Positions 25,001 to 37,739 of a stretch of 64,000 bases of DNA are shown here, one piece after another. Below the pieces are notes generated by a model. That model made no database searches, was not told the origin of the DNA, and saw only the letters and a program-made list of their open reading frames with translations. Made by a program: the position numbers and the translations under genes. How positions within the stretch are numbered: position 1 is the stretch's first letter; each line of letters opens with the position of its first letter. The stretch is from Psammoneis japonica. Lineage: Eukaryota. The stretch is taken from NCBI GenBank assembly GCA_008632985.1, contig QPGO01000032.1, forward strand, positions 245,330-309,329, in the 5' to 3' direction.

Positions 25001-25074
25001 GCCTTCGCGGTTTGCCGTCAAAATGTCTTTCGTGATATCTTGACTTGCGCTTCTCATTAGCAACGCTCGCTAAC

Positions 25075-27319
25075 ATGTTAATGCTATTGGTTGTCCTCTT
25101 TTGGGAACCACACCATTGCTGTCAGCCGTGGATGTATTTTCGGACCCTATTGAAACCAAAACAGCGAAAGCAAAGGTATAGAACTACCTCGAAACAAGTA
25201 CATGCTTCTCCATTCGGGAATGAATCTGTTGCTCACTTTGTGTGCGTGTTTTTTTATTGTACATAGCCCCGTATAATTGGTGGAAAGGAAGCCGAATTCG
25301 GACGATATCCATATCTTGTCGACTTGAATGTGGATGACGATTTGCATGCCTGTGGCGGTTCTCTTATTGCTCCCGACGTTGTTTTGACAGCTGCGCATTG
25401 CAAGTAAGTGGTTCCCATACATATCTTGCTTTTTGACTCCAGCAATCATCAAGATGTACATTTCCTCTGCGATTGTTGAAGCTTCTACCTCTCTTGTCTC
25501 GCGAAACTGGTGTTTCTAACGCTGATGCTTGTCCTTTGGAATTTCAACCTCCTGTTTGTTTCTTACCACGACAATTGAGCAGTGTTGCTGGAATACAATT
25601 TGCAAACGTCGGTAGACACGACAAAGAAAACCCAAATGCAGACTTCGATACAATACCTATAAAAGAAAAAATTCCCCACCCTCTCTTTGATGAAGACCTT
25701 CTCTTTTATGATTACATGCTCATGATACTGAAATTCGAGTCGGACAATGAGTACGTGCGAGTCAACCGAGACCCAGCGGTACCGAAAAACAAACAAGAGC
25801 TCACATTGATTGGTTTTGGCGACATTGATGACAATGTAGCAGTCACCATTCTCCCTGACGTACCTCACGAGGTGACTGTTAATACAATACCCAATAATAT
25901 GTGCGAGGCTTCAAAGAGAAGCTTTTTTGAAAGATACCGAGGGCGAATCATTGAAGCGAGCTTGTGTGCTGCGGATGAAGGGGAGGACAGCTGCCAAGGA
26001 GATAGCGGGGGACCTATGATACTCAGAGGTACCACACCAGCTCAGGATGTACAAGTTGGTGTTGTTTCATGGTAAGGAAGGATATTGCAATCTACGTTCG
26101 TGTTTTCTTGGAAGGTATATGACTGATCAGCTCCGTGTTTTATTCTTAGGGGCTTTGGATGCGCCGACCCACTTTTCCCAGGTAAGAACACTGTCGAAAG
26201 CGATCCAGTTCACTTTGAATGCACAAGTCTTATCAGCTTTGTATACCGCTCTCAGGTGTTAATGCGCGAGTGAGCCATCAAATTGACTGGATCACCACTG
26301 TTGTTTGCGAAAAATCATCAGCACCTCCACCAGAGTTTGATTGCGGAAACTTCAACCCAATCGGTCCCCTTGTACCTACTCCACCCCCGGTTCCTCGTGA
26401 TCCAATAGAACTGAAGGTAGAAATCAAACTTGACGCCTTTGCATATGAGACGGGTACGTCGATACCAAAGTTAATTCCGCCACCGCATCGTTCGTCGAGC
26501 AATCGTTGACATTACTGTTTCATTTTGACACTACCAGGGTGGAAGCTAGAGCACATTGTCGGGCTCGAGACCAAGACTGTTGCCCTTGTTCCCTTCTTTC
26601 GTTACGAAACAGAAAGATTTGTCGAACGCGAATTTTCTCTCGAGAAAGATGGTTTGTATAACTTTCTTTTTGCTGATGCGTTGAGTGACGGCATCAATGA
26701 AGGCTACGGTGCGTCTTGTATCAATTCATACCCAGCAATTAAATGATGATTACTGTCGAAGCTTACACTATCCTACTTGTTGTTTCTCTGGTGCCTTCTC
26801 GTCACAGTACGGCTGACGTTGGGAGGAGAAAAAACCGTTTTGAATGTGAATGGAAACGAATTCGTCACCGGCTTTCGTCATTTTTTCTATGCAAGTACTG
26901 GCTCGAACCCTTTGAATTCCGTCAACTCCGACCCTGACTTTCCCGGCAACGCGTTTTTGACTTTTCAAATTGATCTGGACTCGTTTCCTTACGAAATCGG
27001 GTTTAGCGTGACGTCCAACCTGGACGGTTCGACCATCTTTTATCGTCCGCCAGGGTTTTACTTGTCTTCCCGAGTGGAAAGCGAAGTCTTCTCTATCCCC
27101 TTGGGTCCAAACTCTTATACTCTATCTGTTGCCGATACTAATGGCGACGGTCTCGACGATACAAGTGGTTATGCGCTTTTCGAAGGACATCCGATTGACG
27201 GAAGGCTCCTTGTCCGCAGTTCATTTTCATCCGGATTTCAGGAGGACCGGGTATTCACTGTTGAAGGTAATGAGCCATCGTCCGCCGATGTTTGCTTACT
27301 AGGTCTGTGGGTACTGTGA
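25075..27319 (+). CDS. Trypsin-like (S1) serine protease, paralog of 12461-14700; multi-exon
   Basis: PRIIGG, CGGSLIAPDVVLTAAHC, YDYM, DSCQGDSGGP, VGVVSW/GFGCA and the same two C-terminal repeat domains. Start and stop are approximate because of possible indels. Confidence 0.88.
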
Positions 27320-28290
27320 TGACGTCTCTTCTTTTGGGCGTATTGCTTTGGTTCTGATGTCGGTCATGCACGCGAGAACCAAGTCTCGTTTACCCTGGAA
27401 CCTTTCTTTGTATTGCATATGCCAACACAATGTTTCGCCTGAGGATTGAGCCCTGGAAGTTGAAAAGTCTTCTCACCAGGAGCTTTCTCCCAGATGAGTA
27501 TGACAAAACAAACATGTTTGACGGTCCCTTCTAATATTTCAAGTCCACCAGTCGAGCCTTCAGAGTATGTCGATCAACTGAGCTACTCCAATGGACTACC
27601 GCAGCATATTGCTACTCTTCTCTCTATTATAATGATTCCTGCATTTTCAATCCATGTTTAGTGGCCACAAGAAAATGCAACGGAAAGAAGTCTACTCTAG
27701 CTAGAGTACGTTACAAAACTCCTGGTCCGAAATCTACTGGAGTTACCGATGCCGAGGATGCAAACATCATAGTGTGTTTGTTCCTGTTTCCTGTTTTGTT
27801 TTGCCTGACGCTGCCTGTGTGACAAACCATTTTGTCGGTGCCTAATAATAACATCTAATGACAAAAACAATGTCGACATTCATATGCATATAATCATTAC
27901 ATGTTCACAAATGTCTTTCTGTCCCGTAATGTAACGTTTGAAATAATTAATTTTATCATTGAATAGTCGTATTTATTGTATCGAATACCGGATGCACATT
28001 CGGTATTGGAGTGTATGTCATTTCTACCTGATTTTATTTATATCATACGACAGAAATTGTCGAGATCTGCAACATTTTCAAATTGGTGACAAAGCCAACT
28101 TTTTTGTGAGTTCGCAAACGTCGTGGCGGTTTTGTACAATAATCTTCCTGACGCGACTGGACAGGAACACAATTTGTGAACCTCGTTCTATCAAACGAAG
28201 GATTATTCAGAGGGAGAAAACAAAGCCAAAAACACAGAAAATCTCACAATTTGTCATTGGTAACAATCATTCAAACACTCTGAAATCCAA

Positions 28291-29265
28291 ATGGCCGACA
28301 CAAAAAACAAAGGAAAGCGTACGGCTTCTGAGATGGAGGCGCCCTTCGGCATCTTGAATGGCAGCATCAGCGGATCAACCACCGATATGAACGGCATCCG
28401 GTCTAAAAAATGCCGACAAGAACCGATTCCGAGTCACTTCTGCTGCCCGCTTACGCTGGAGGTCATGGTGGACCCAGTCCTGGATCGCGAAGGCAACACA
28501 TTTGAACGAAGTGCAGTAGCCCAATGGTTGGCAAAAGAACGAATCTCTCCAATTTCCAGGCAGCCACTTAATGAAGGATCTCTTATCCCTAATATTGCAC
28601 TTCGACACGCCATTCAGCAGCACATGGGTAAGTTTGGTTTTGAACAAGATGTCGCCTCATAAAGTTTCTCCTTACGACTCGCAGTCTCAAAATAGTTATA
28701 TTCTTTCCTTTTTTCAGGTGCTGAATGGACAGCGAAACAGGAAGCCGCATTCCAAAAAGTCGTCCGGCAAAGATGAATCTTGGAAATTCCCAAATGAAAG
28801 TAAATCTCCCCATAAGTCCGAGAAAGTGAAACGAGTCGACGGATTTCTCAAGGATATTTCAGCAAGTATCGGAAAGGATATTTCGCTCAACAATTTAGGA
28901 ATCTCTGCCTTTACTATGAAGATTTCATGGTTGTCGTTGAAGTTCCAGAGCGCACCGATTCCTTTTACGTCTACACGTCCAAGGTTGTGCCGTACTTATC
29001 TCCCGAAAGCAAGGACAAGATACTCGAGCTAAACCATCTGCAACAGAGAACGAGGGGAGGATGCCTCTCAGTTATCAAGACAGAAAACAACGAATCCGAA
29101 ATTACCTTCTCCTTCACCGATCGCGTCTTTGAAATCAATTCTGCTGACTTTCGGAACATCCTGGAGAATTTCATTGATACCGCGGTAATACTTCGAACGC
29201 TGATTCTCAACCCAAACAGCGATAATGTCAGCGACAGACCTCCTCCGTCGCCAAAGCAGCTCTGA
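28291..29265 (+). CDS. U-box plus CesT-like protein, paralog of 9567-10368 (intron 28628-28717; two apparent frameshifts)
   Basis: IPSHFCCPLTLEVMVDPV U-box with the same intron position. Exon 2 needs frame changes at ~28750 and ~28912, so it is a pseudogene or carries assembly indels. Confidence 0.78.
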
Positions 29266-29468
29266 AAAGAAAAATCCAATAGATCAATAAAAGGGGATGC
29301 GGTACTTGACGAAGCGGATATCGTAGGAGAAAGAGTTCATAACGATGGGTGGGTAGAGAAGTGATCAAGGGACGGGTGCAACGTCGCTCTCTAGACGTAA
29401 AATAGTGTCTATGTAGGCGCAGCAAAACTAGGGAAGCGATGACTACCATAAGCGTGACCATTTTCCAT

Positions 29469-29577
29469 TCAAACTCCGGCAAGTCCAGCCTTGCTATCCG
29501 GCAACGGTCTAGCGTTCTCAACTTTGCAGGCTACATCGATACCTTCGATAACGCTTCCAAACACAGCGTGCTTTCCC
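29469..29577 (-). pseudogene. Partial duplicate of the cyclophilin last exon
   Basis: GKHAVFGSVIEGIDVACKVE versus [20 protein letters not shown] in the gene. Confidence 0.75.
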
Positions 29578-29755
29578 TGTACTAGTACTGTATAGAACAC
29601 GTCAAAGCAGATTATGGCGAAACTAGTGGCAGGCACGGCTATTACTCTAGAAGCTATTACTGCACAATGCTTGGCCGTTCCCATTCTAAAACTCCGGCGA
29701 ATTCAACTTTACTTCTAAACTGCATCCGCTACCATGCTTCAGTTACAGCAAACAC

Positions 29756-31093
29756 TTACAACTGTCCGCATGTTTCAATCTTGACTGGAGCACTGGTCTT
29801 TCCCGTCTGTGATCCAACCTGTTCAACCTTGCGAACCACATCCATACCTTCGACAACGCTTCCAAAAACAACGTGCTTTCCATCCAGCCACGAAGTCACT
29901 GCCGTGCACAAGAAGAACTGGGATCCCTGTGTTTCCAGAGCAGAGCAAGAATAATATCATTAGAACATTTGAAAAACAAGAAGAGTTTTGGTCCTGAACT
30001 TCAAAGCAAGTACTCACATTTGTGTTGGGACCCGCGTTCGCCATGGACAAGATACCCGGCCCAGTGTGCTTGAGCTGAAAGTTTTCCTGAGGTAGCGATA
30101 CATGGAGAGAGCCAGAGATTGATGAGCATGCCAGCTACAAAACCGGATGTAAGAACCAAATGGGAAGAAACTTACGTCCGCAAACTTGTTTCCGTAGATG
30201 GATTTTCCTCCGGTACCTGCAAGAGGGGGGGGACAGGAATGCTCGTGAACAAAAATTACAGGTACTACCAGCAATAACAAGGCGGAATTCAAAACATAAA
30301 TTACCGTTGTGGTTCGTGAAGTCACCGCCCTGAGTGAAATCAATGAAACGGGTAAGTTGTTAGTACCAAAGCAAATTCTCAAATCAACCCAAGTAACTTT
30401 AGTTCTCAGGCTAATAAAATCAGTCCCCGTGGCACGTACCTGGCACATGAATCCCGGAATAACCTAAGATAAACAATAGAAGCATTGGTAGAGAGTGAGG
30501 AGAAAGAGAACGTTGAAAACGTTTTGAAAAAGCGAGGAAAAGAAAATCCATGGCTTACGCGATGAAAGGAGGATCCCTGATAACCGAATCCTTTCTCTCC
30601 AGTGCACAGAGCGCGAAAGTTCTCGGCAGTCTTAGGAACTGAAGAAGAAAAAGGAAGCAATCAGTAAAAGGTGAGCTCAGAGCATAGAAACTATACATTT
30701 CTCCATCTTCAGACTACTTTATGTCTCTAGATCTTTACAACGTACCCACATCGCTGCGTAGCTCCATGACAATACGTCCGGCAGGTGCACCGCCGATAGA
30801 AACATCGAAAAAGACCTTAGGTAAAGACCTAAGACACAGAGAATCGACAAAGAATCAGCGTGAGTGAGTATGTCGAAAGTCTAACGGTACAAGGCTTTCA
30901 GACTTGTCGAGTACAAGGTCATACAAGAAAACAACGAAAATTCAACGCGAATGCACCGGGATGATCAATGTGACCAAAACCAAAACTGCGGTCATCGCAG
31001 TGATTCTCTGTTTCACACTTCAGAATCATTCAAGGCTTAGAGATGGACAACTGCATGGCTGTCCGCTGTCAGCGACACCGGCGGTACTCACAT
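29756..31093 (-). CDS. Cyclophilin A-type peptidyl-prolyl cis-trans isomerase (8 exons)
   Basis: Spliced product [113 protein letters not shown]...CGQL*. Confidence 0.95.
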
Positions 31094-31704
31094 GGTGGTA
31101 CTGGGAAAGCTTCACAAGATACTGAATTTGTGACTCAAGATCGCGATCTTGCACAACCGTTGATTTCCTCGTACTCAATTACGTAGGATTCTACGTGAAA
31201 GCGAAGCCGACGGAAAGATCGCGATTTCCAACGGGCGGGGCTCAGTCAGCACGTCACAGTCGGTGCTGTAGCCTCTAACATTTTTTTAGAATTCCTGGGC
31301 GCCATTACCGGGTGCCGAATATAACAGGAGTACGTGAGTATCTAGCTCTGCCGTCGAATCTGTCCTTAAAACTGATCACAACAAGGGATCAGGCAGTAGA
31401 GATGAGGAATGCTACACCCCAGATCGGATGTCAGGAGTGAAGCGATTTTAATTGATAGACTCTGTGTTGCGGGCGCTCTAAAGGACGGGTACAAAGCCGG
31501 CATTGTCCATGGCAAGGACAGTGTTGCTAGAATTGATCCTCGATAAGGTACAGCAGGTAATCACGCGAGAAACAAGATAGGATATGGGAGGGCATATATA
31601 CAGAATAAAGTACCTGCTTTAACATTTATACAAAAGCCCGGTCTATGAAGGGTGAATCACTAATCACTAATGTGGAGTCTTTGTACACGTTCCTATGGGG
31701 CATT

Positions 31705-32163
31705 CTACTGGACTTGAATCATTCCAGTTATGATATCGTCATCTCTGAAATCCCATTCAAAAGGGTTCCCGGCGATGATATCTAGGAACTCTTGCTGCCA
31801 ACTCTCGTCATCGATTTGCATCATGTCCTCGTCCTTTCTCTTGTTGGTGTCCAACAGCATTGGCGCTCTAACCTCAACTTGTCTCCCATTCTTGAACGAA
31901 GTAGTCACCTGTTCAACGTCGTATCTGCTTGAATCAACAGGAAATCTGGCATTGAACCGCACTGGTTGATCATGGGTGTTCATGAAATGAACGGCTCCAT
32001 CGCGATAGATGATTTTCATGTAGGTTTCTTTCCCAACAAAGCTGTCCCTGGAAACCTCGAACAGAAGGTTGAACCCGTATTCATCTTCGGAGACACTGCA
32101 GGAGCCGACAGCGCATATCTCGCCCTTGTCCCTTTCACCGTATACTGTTCCTGTTAGAGGCAT
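31705..32163 (-). CDS. HSP20/alpha-crystallin-like protein (divergent)
   Basis: EDEYGFNLLFEV...FNARFPVDSSRYDVEQVTTSFKNGRQVEVRAP resembles an alpha-crystallin domain; the start may be further upstream. Confidence 0.6.
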   Translation of the reverse strand: MPLTGTVYGERDKGEICAVGSCSVSEDEYGFNLLFEVSRDSFVGKETYMKIIYRDGAVHFMNTHDQPVRFNARFPVDSSRYDVEQVTTSFKNGRQVEVRAPMLLDTNKRKDEDMMQIDDESWQQEFLDIIAGNPFEWDFRDDDIITGMIQVQ

Positions 32164-32843
32164 CGTTCTTTTTCGTATTGTGAGTTGTTCAGACTGCGAA
32201 AATGTGCCTGTGCGATTTGTTGCGATTGTATTTGTGATGGTCCTCGTTCAAAAATTCAGCTCGATTTTGTGGAGGTAACGCATAATATGGTATACGAAGC
32301 TATAGATGTTCATAGTGATGTCAAGCTGACGTCAGGTTCTTTTTTACGTAGAAATCTGTAGGAATGTAATGAACGTGATGTCAGAGTGACGTGGAGATTA
32401 TTCTTGAAAGGAATCTTTTCACGGCAAACAACTCTACAAAATCTTGTATGTAGGATTGGTACTGCAGATATGCATAACAAGCTGAAATTCTTCGATGGTT
32501 CTTTTTCTGATTGTGATGTCATCATGACGTGGTTTATGGAATCTCTCTACGATTGCCTTAGTACATAACCGAAGTATGTAGCGATAGTACTGAGTCTCAC
32601 TGAGTTCATTCGATTTCGCTGAGCGCGCAAAATGACCGTCGGCGGGACTGAAGTCTTCCCGCCTAGTACATTATTTTTGAAATTCGGCTTCTCTTGCCAA
32701 GCTGGAAGAGCCTTATTTTTTGAGAGATTTCAATCACGACGAAGAAAAAGCCACCTGTCGACATCAGGATTCGGTTGTCTTCCTTTTTCTGTAGCCATTT
32801 TTGCAGTGAACAAAATTTGTTTATCTACCAAGAATACAAAAAC

Positions 32844-33407
32844 ATGTTTGTTCCGCCGATTTGGAGAGACACCTCTTTGGAGATGCGTGCTGCCGACGAC
32901 TGCTCCACGATAAGCCCGTCGCCTGCTTCATCGTACAAGATTGGTTCATGCCTCATCACTCAAGATCGTCAAGGATTGCAGTTGTTCTTTTACGTTTCCG
33001 GGGTTGATAGAAAAAACTTGCATGTTGAAATTGTCGATGGCGTTCTGAATGTAGTTTGCCAAAGAAAAGACAATACCGCTTCTGAACTTGTGGAGGTATT
33101 TCGAAGGAGCTTGGAGGTTGACACGAATGTCTATGACATATCGCGTCCTACGGCAAAGATTTCAAAAGAAAAAACTGTATTGAATGTCACTATTCCCAAG
33201 AGAAGCCATCGTAGAGATGAAAGAAACTTGTTGTTTTGGCGCAACAAGCAGAAAGTGCAGCCAAACCTGGAGACAATCGAGGTAGCACATCTCGAACCAG
33301 AAGATCTTCCCGACAATACAAGACAACCGCTTAGTGACACTCTCGAGGGCGATGAAGGCTGTAGAGATGGTTGCGACTCGCTCGTGGGTACCGTAGTTTC
33401 GTTTTAA
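32844..33407 (+). CDS. HSP20/alpha-crystallin-like protein
   Basis: FYVSGVDRKNLHVEIVDGVLNV...FRRSLEVDTNVYDISRPTAKI...VLNVTIPKR; head-to-head with the previous gene. Confidence 0.75.
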   Translation: MFVPPIWRDTSLEMRAADDCSTISPSPASSYKIGSCLITQDRQGLQLFFYVSGVDRKNLHVEIVDGVLNVVCQRKDNTASELVEVFRRSLEVDTNVYDISRPTAKISKEKTVLNVTIPKRSHRRDERNLLFWRNKQKVQPNLETIEVAHLEPEDLPDNTRQPLSDTLEGDEGCRDGCDSLVGTVVSF

Positions 33408-33958
33408 AAGTGAATTCGGAAGGTAGATCTGGGCTACCATCACCTAGAGCTAAGAGTAAGAAGTTACATGCCTTTCACATTGGACGATGTAATGGTGTCA
33501 TTCTATATTAAAAAATCATTTTCGAGGAAAGCGCAAAACAGAAGCAACCATCCCTATCCAAAACAAAAACTGTTGTTGCAATTTATCGCTCGTCACATCT
33601 TTCCCAGTGTTCGATGCTCGATTGGCTCTTCCCACTTGAAACCATTTGAAGTAGATCAGACTCTACTTTATGGCTAGATGGTTATACTTTTGTGACATTA
33701 GGCTCTCTCTGCTATCTTCCGGCTCTCTACTGAACTCTACTCTCTATTCATAGAGTTCAGAGTAGAGAGTCTCGTGAGAGTGCCATCTATCGGCGTGGGG
33801 CGTACGTGGACCATCCTCGTTGTTAGAGGTCCGAGCTACGAAACTGTCGCCGTGTCATCAGCGCTTCTTGCTTTTTCACGATTGCGTAGAAATCAACGAC
33901 ACCCTGGTACTACACGGAAGCGCCGAGTGTTCACAAAATTCGTTATCTCTCGCAGAAA

Positions 33959-35903
33959 ATGAAGTTGATCAATTCGTTGATCCTACCACTGCTTGTGGTG
34001 CCGGCTTGTGGGGAAGGTGAGATACAGTGTATGCTTCAATAACGGTTGTGTTAGAGTCATGGAGCGATTGATTGATTGGCGTTTGGAGGAGCACTTGATC
34101 GAGTGAATTCCGGAACCGTTGTGTTGCGTAGAATTAGTACTGAGCTCTACGTGCGGTACTTTTCTGTTATTGAGTTGCTCACGAAAAAATGTTGTTGAAA
34201 CTCCTTGTTTTTCGCTCGATGCAGTCACTGTCTTTTTAGCAATGGAACCACCCCGACACCAAGGACCTCCTCCCATGCATGGAGGACCAAGAAGCTCCGC
34301 TGAAATGGCCACCATGAGGGATGTATCTGACGCATGTATGATGGATGTCATGAATCGGTGTTCTTACGAGAACAATCCGTTGCTTCTTGGCGAGCACCCC
34401 TTGATATCGTGGCTCATGGCTCCTATTGACCAACCACCACCACCACTTGGACTCGGCGGCCCACCGCCTGCGTCGCTGTTGCGTGGACCTGACATTGGTG
34501 ACATGTTAAATCACATGATGGATGTTGTTCAAGATGTTGCGCGAGAGGTCGCTCCGCCTGAAGAAGAAATTGTACATCTGGAGCAACCCAAGATTACGCA
34601 CGTCGAACACGCTATGGATACATTGGTCACGTCTCTCGCTCATCGCTTGTCGTCTGAATCTGCAAGTGCGGACGAGCCTGCTGTGGAAGAAACAGCCCAA
34701 CAAGAGGAGGGAGGAGAGCGCGTTGCCGAAGCTCAGTTTGATCCTGTCGCGTTTGCCAAGCGCGTGGTGGATCACGGAAAAGAGGTTCTTTATCAGAGTG
34801 ACGCTCCCGAAGAACGTCGTCGTTTGGCTCGTCGTTTGACGGCTGTCGAACCCGACATGTTTGCCCTGCCGCGTCTTCCTTTTGGCTGCCGCAAGAACCA
34901 GTGCCTCTGGAATCTTTTTGACAAGGGCCAGGTTTCTCCGCGGTGCGCGGCTTCTCTTCGCGTCGTGAAGGATCTCGCTCATGCTCAACAAGCTCGTCAA
35001 GATGCTGTCTTGCGTGAAGTTCACATCATGGAGCAGCAGCAAGATGCCTTTCTTCTAATGGTGATGGTGTATGGAGTTTTGGCGCTCGGCACTCTTGTGC
35101 TGTTGATTCGTCGTTTCCGCAAGCATGCGCGATCCGATAAGATGCGCCTCAAGCGTCGTATTCTCCAAGCCATTTACTCCAACCCCGAAATCAAGGCCAA
35201 GCTGGAGGATGAACTGCAAGAAGATCTCGGCAGTGTTCCTCCGCTGTCGCCTCGTGTTTTGGCAACCATGAGCGCCGAAGGCAGAGAGCGGCTCAGGAGC
35301 TTTCGTCGTTGTCGTGTGGTAAAGATTATCTTTTTTGCCTTTCTCATGTGGCTAGCCGTTATGCAGCCCTTTGTTACCATGTTTATTCTTTGCATCGCCA
35401 TGGGAGTTCGTTTCTTCAATCTCATGTGTTGCCCACGGGAACCCATTGAGGACTGCACCTGTTGCTGCTGCGGTGGATCCACCAAGGATGTACGAGAGGG
35501 AACCGTGTCGGTAGCTCAAGAGTGCTGTACTTGCTGCCGTGGAACCGGCGTGTGCCCTCCCTCTTGCGATGATTGCTGCCATGGCGATCCGTGCGGGTGT
35601 GACTGCGACGGATGCGATTGCTGTGATCCTGGTTGTACGTGCTGCTGCTGTGGAGTTTCGGAACGTGACGTTCGCATGGGCAAGGTAACCGCCAAGCAGG
35701 AATGCTGCACCTGCTGCCGTGGTACCGGAGTGTGTGGTCCAGGCTGTGCGACGTGCTGCAAGGGCGGATCGTGCTGCTGTGACTGTACCGATGGTTGTGA
35801 TTGCTGCACCGGTGGCTCTTGTATCGCTCCCCCTCCTGCGACGCGCCGTCGTAGTCATGCGGCATGCCATGCGTATGAAGGAGTTCCGGTTCAAGTTGTT
35901 TAG
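33959..35903 (+). CDS. Signal-peptide membrane protein with a C-terminal duplicated metallothionein-like Cys-rich domain (intron 34017-34224)
   Basis: Exon 1 MKLINSLILPLLVVPACGE|GT splices in frame to VTVFLAMEPP. Two to three hydrophobic segments. Two repeats of CTCCCCG...QECCTCCRGTGVC...C.DGCDCC. Confidence 0.85.
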
Positions 35904-36112
35904 AACTGAAAGCGGAAAGTTGTAGTGATTTGTGGAGTTACAATGGGCTTTCCAAAGAGATTTCATGTTAAATATTTACATTGCAAGGGACACCTTCGCC
36001 GCAAGTGTACTACTTGCGTTATATATGATCTTAATAACAACAATTTTGTTGTCTCCAATGCGGTATGCGAGTTGTAGTAAACCACTGGCATTTGCCGTTC
36101 TATGCGCGACAC

Positions 36113-36832
36113 TTATACTTTCTTCTTTGACTTTGGCTTGTCTCCCTTGATTTTTCTGACTGCAATCCTAACTATTTTGTAAAACCAAAACAGATTTAGC
36201 GCATAGAACACAAAAAGCGCTGGCATTGCATAATCTCCCTGTCGATACCAGACCCGTCCTTGGTATTCATAAACGACGAACGCAATATGAGGTATCCATA
36301 GCACTCGACAGCATGTATAGGCGATAAAGAACAGAGCCATGTGCAGCTTCTTTTTTGTTTTCTTGGACAGGTGCAAAAAGGGCGTTGAAAATTCGCAGAT
36401 ATTGGCCATACTGTTGAGTCTCAGAACGCGATGCATTGGACGAATGTAATTTGTGTACCCCAACAGCAAACAGAGAATCGCGTGAAGCAGATATCCCACA
36501 TCCATCGTCATGAGACAGTCGAAAAGATCCACTATGAAATATGCCATTGTGAATAGAATTCCGATTCTCTCATTGAATATTGTATCGTCGTCAAAATAAA
36601 GGGACGCCACCGCCATGACTACGGCCGTTGCACTGTGAAAGGTGTGAATCAGCGACCAATCAAAGTACACTCGTTTCTTCGTCACGACGCAGTACGCAAA
36701 CGTGGAAGCAAACAAGACAAACGGAATCAGGAACGGCCAGGGATTGTCGTCTTGGTTGTACCAGGTCCACCATGATGCAAGAGTGTTTGATTCCCCAAGA
36801 AGAACGGCTTCTTCAGACGACGCCATGGTCAC
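36113..36832 (-). CDS. TLC (TRAM/LAG1/CLN8) domain membrane protein
   Basis: Multi-TM; motifs YFIVDL, YLLHA, CEFSTPFLH, FF..YTCCRVLW, LNLFWFYKIV; C-terminal KKKV. Confidence 0.85.
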   Translation of the reverse strand: MTMASSEEAVLLGESNTLASWWTWYNQDDNPWPFLIPFVLFASTFAYCVVTKKRVYFDWSLIHTFHSATAVVMAVASLYFDDDTIFNERIGILFTMAYFIVDLFDCLMTMDVGYLLHAILCLLLGYTNYIRPMHRVLRLNSMANICEFSTPFLHLSKKTKKKLHMALFFIAYTCCRVLWIPHIAFVVYEYQGRVWYRQGDYAMPALFVFYALNLFWFYKIVRIAVRKIKGDKPKSKKKV

Positions 36833-37070
36833 AGCGGTCTATCGCCAGAAATTTATTGGCAGTTTTTTTAGCAGCCGCCATCACATCACTACTAACACCT
36901 ACTAAAAAGCCCCGTATGTACATCGTACACAATTTCTGTACCAGAACGGATGAAAGCAGTTAGTCGATTTGGTCGGAAAGATACTGTACGTCATCCGATG
37001 TTCAACTTTGCACGACATCGCAATCGACCATGATGATCCATGTTGGATCGACGAAATAAAACGAGGCACC

Positions 37071-37739
37071 ATGAAATTGTCACTTTCAGTACTCCTTGGA
37101 GCTCTAGCGCTATGTTTCTCTTATACTCCTTCTTCCCAAAATTCAAAAACAATCTCTCGTCGCAACGTGTTTGACGCCGTCACAAAATCATGTGTCTCTT
37201 CTGCATTTCTTGCACAGCAGCAACAACAACCAGCTCTTGCCTTTGATGGAGCCGGCTCGTCAGCATACGCAGGTCGCACACCCGCCACAAAGGCTGCTCT
37301 CGTCAAGGGTTACAAAAGTCGTATTGCGGCCGATGTCAAGGATTTCAATGCTCTGGGCCAGGCGATTGCCAAGGGCGAAACCGACGGCAATGAGTGGGTC
37401 GCTTTTTTTATTCCCTACCAACGCCGAGAACCGGATGATGTGGGAAGGACCTATGCGGCCATGATTGATTTGGTTGGAATGGACAAGGACCGGAGTGGTG
37501 GTTGTGGTATGCTCTTGGCATCGACCTTTGCCAAACCCAACAAACCACCGGACAATTTGCCTCAAGTCAAGGCATTCAATGCGTTAGCGAAAGAATTGGG
37601 GCCGATAGAAAAAGCAGGAAAAGCGGGAGATGTAGACAAGGCTAGTAAAGCATTTGCCAAGGCGAGCGCTGCCTTTTCTGACTATCTGGCAACCGTCGAT
37701 ATGCCATCCTCTCTGACGGATGAACTCTATCAAAGCTAA
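37071..37739 (+). CDS. Plastid thylakoid-lumen-targeted helical protein (PsbQ-like)
   Basis: Signal peptide MKLSLSVLLGALALCFSY, twin-arginine SRRNVF, AxA cleavage site QPALA-F, helical-bundle-like body. Confidence 0.75.
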   Translation: MKLSLSVLLGALALCFSYTPSSQNSKTISRRNVFDAVTKSCVSSAFLAQQQQQPALAFDGAGSSAYAGRTPATKAALVKGYKSRIAADVKDFNALGQAIAKGETDGNEWVAFFIPYQRREPDDVGRTYAAMIDLVGMDKDRSGGCGMLLASTFAKPNKPPDNLPQVKAFNALAKELGPIEKAGKAGDVDKASKAFAKASAAFSDYLATVDMPSSLTDELYQS

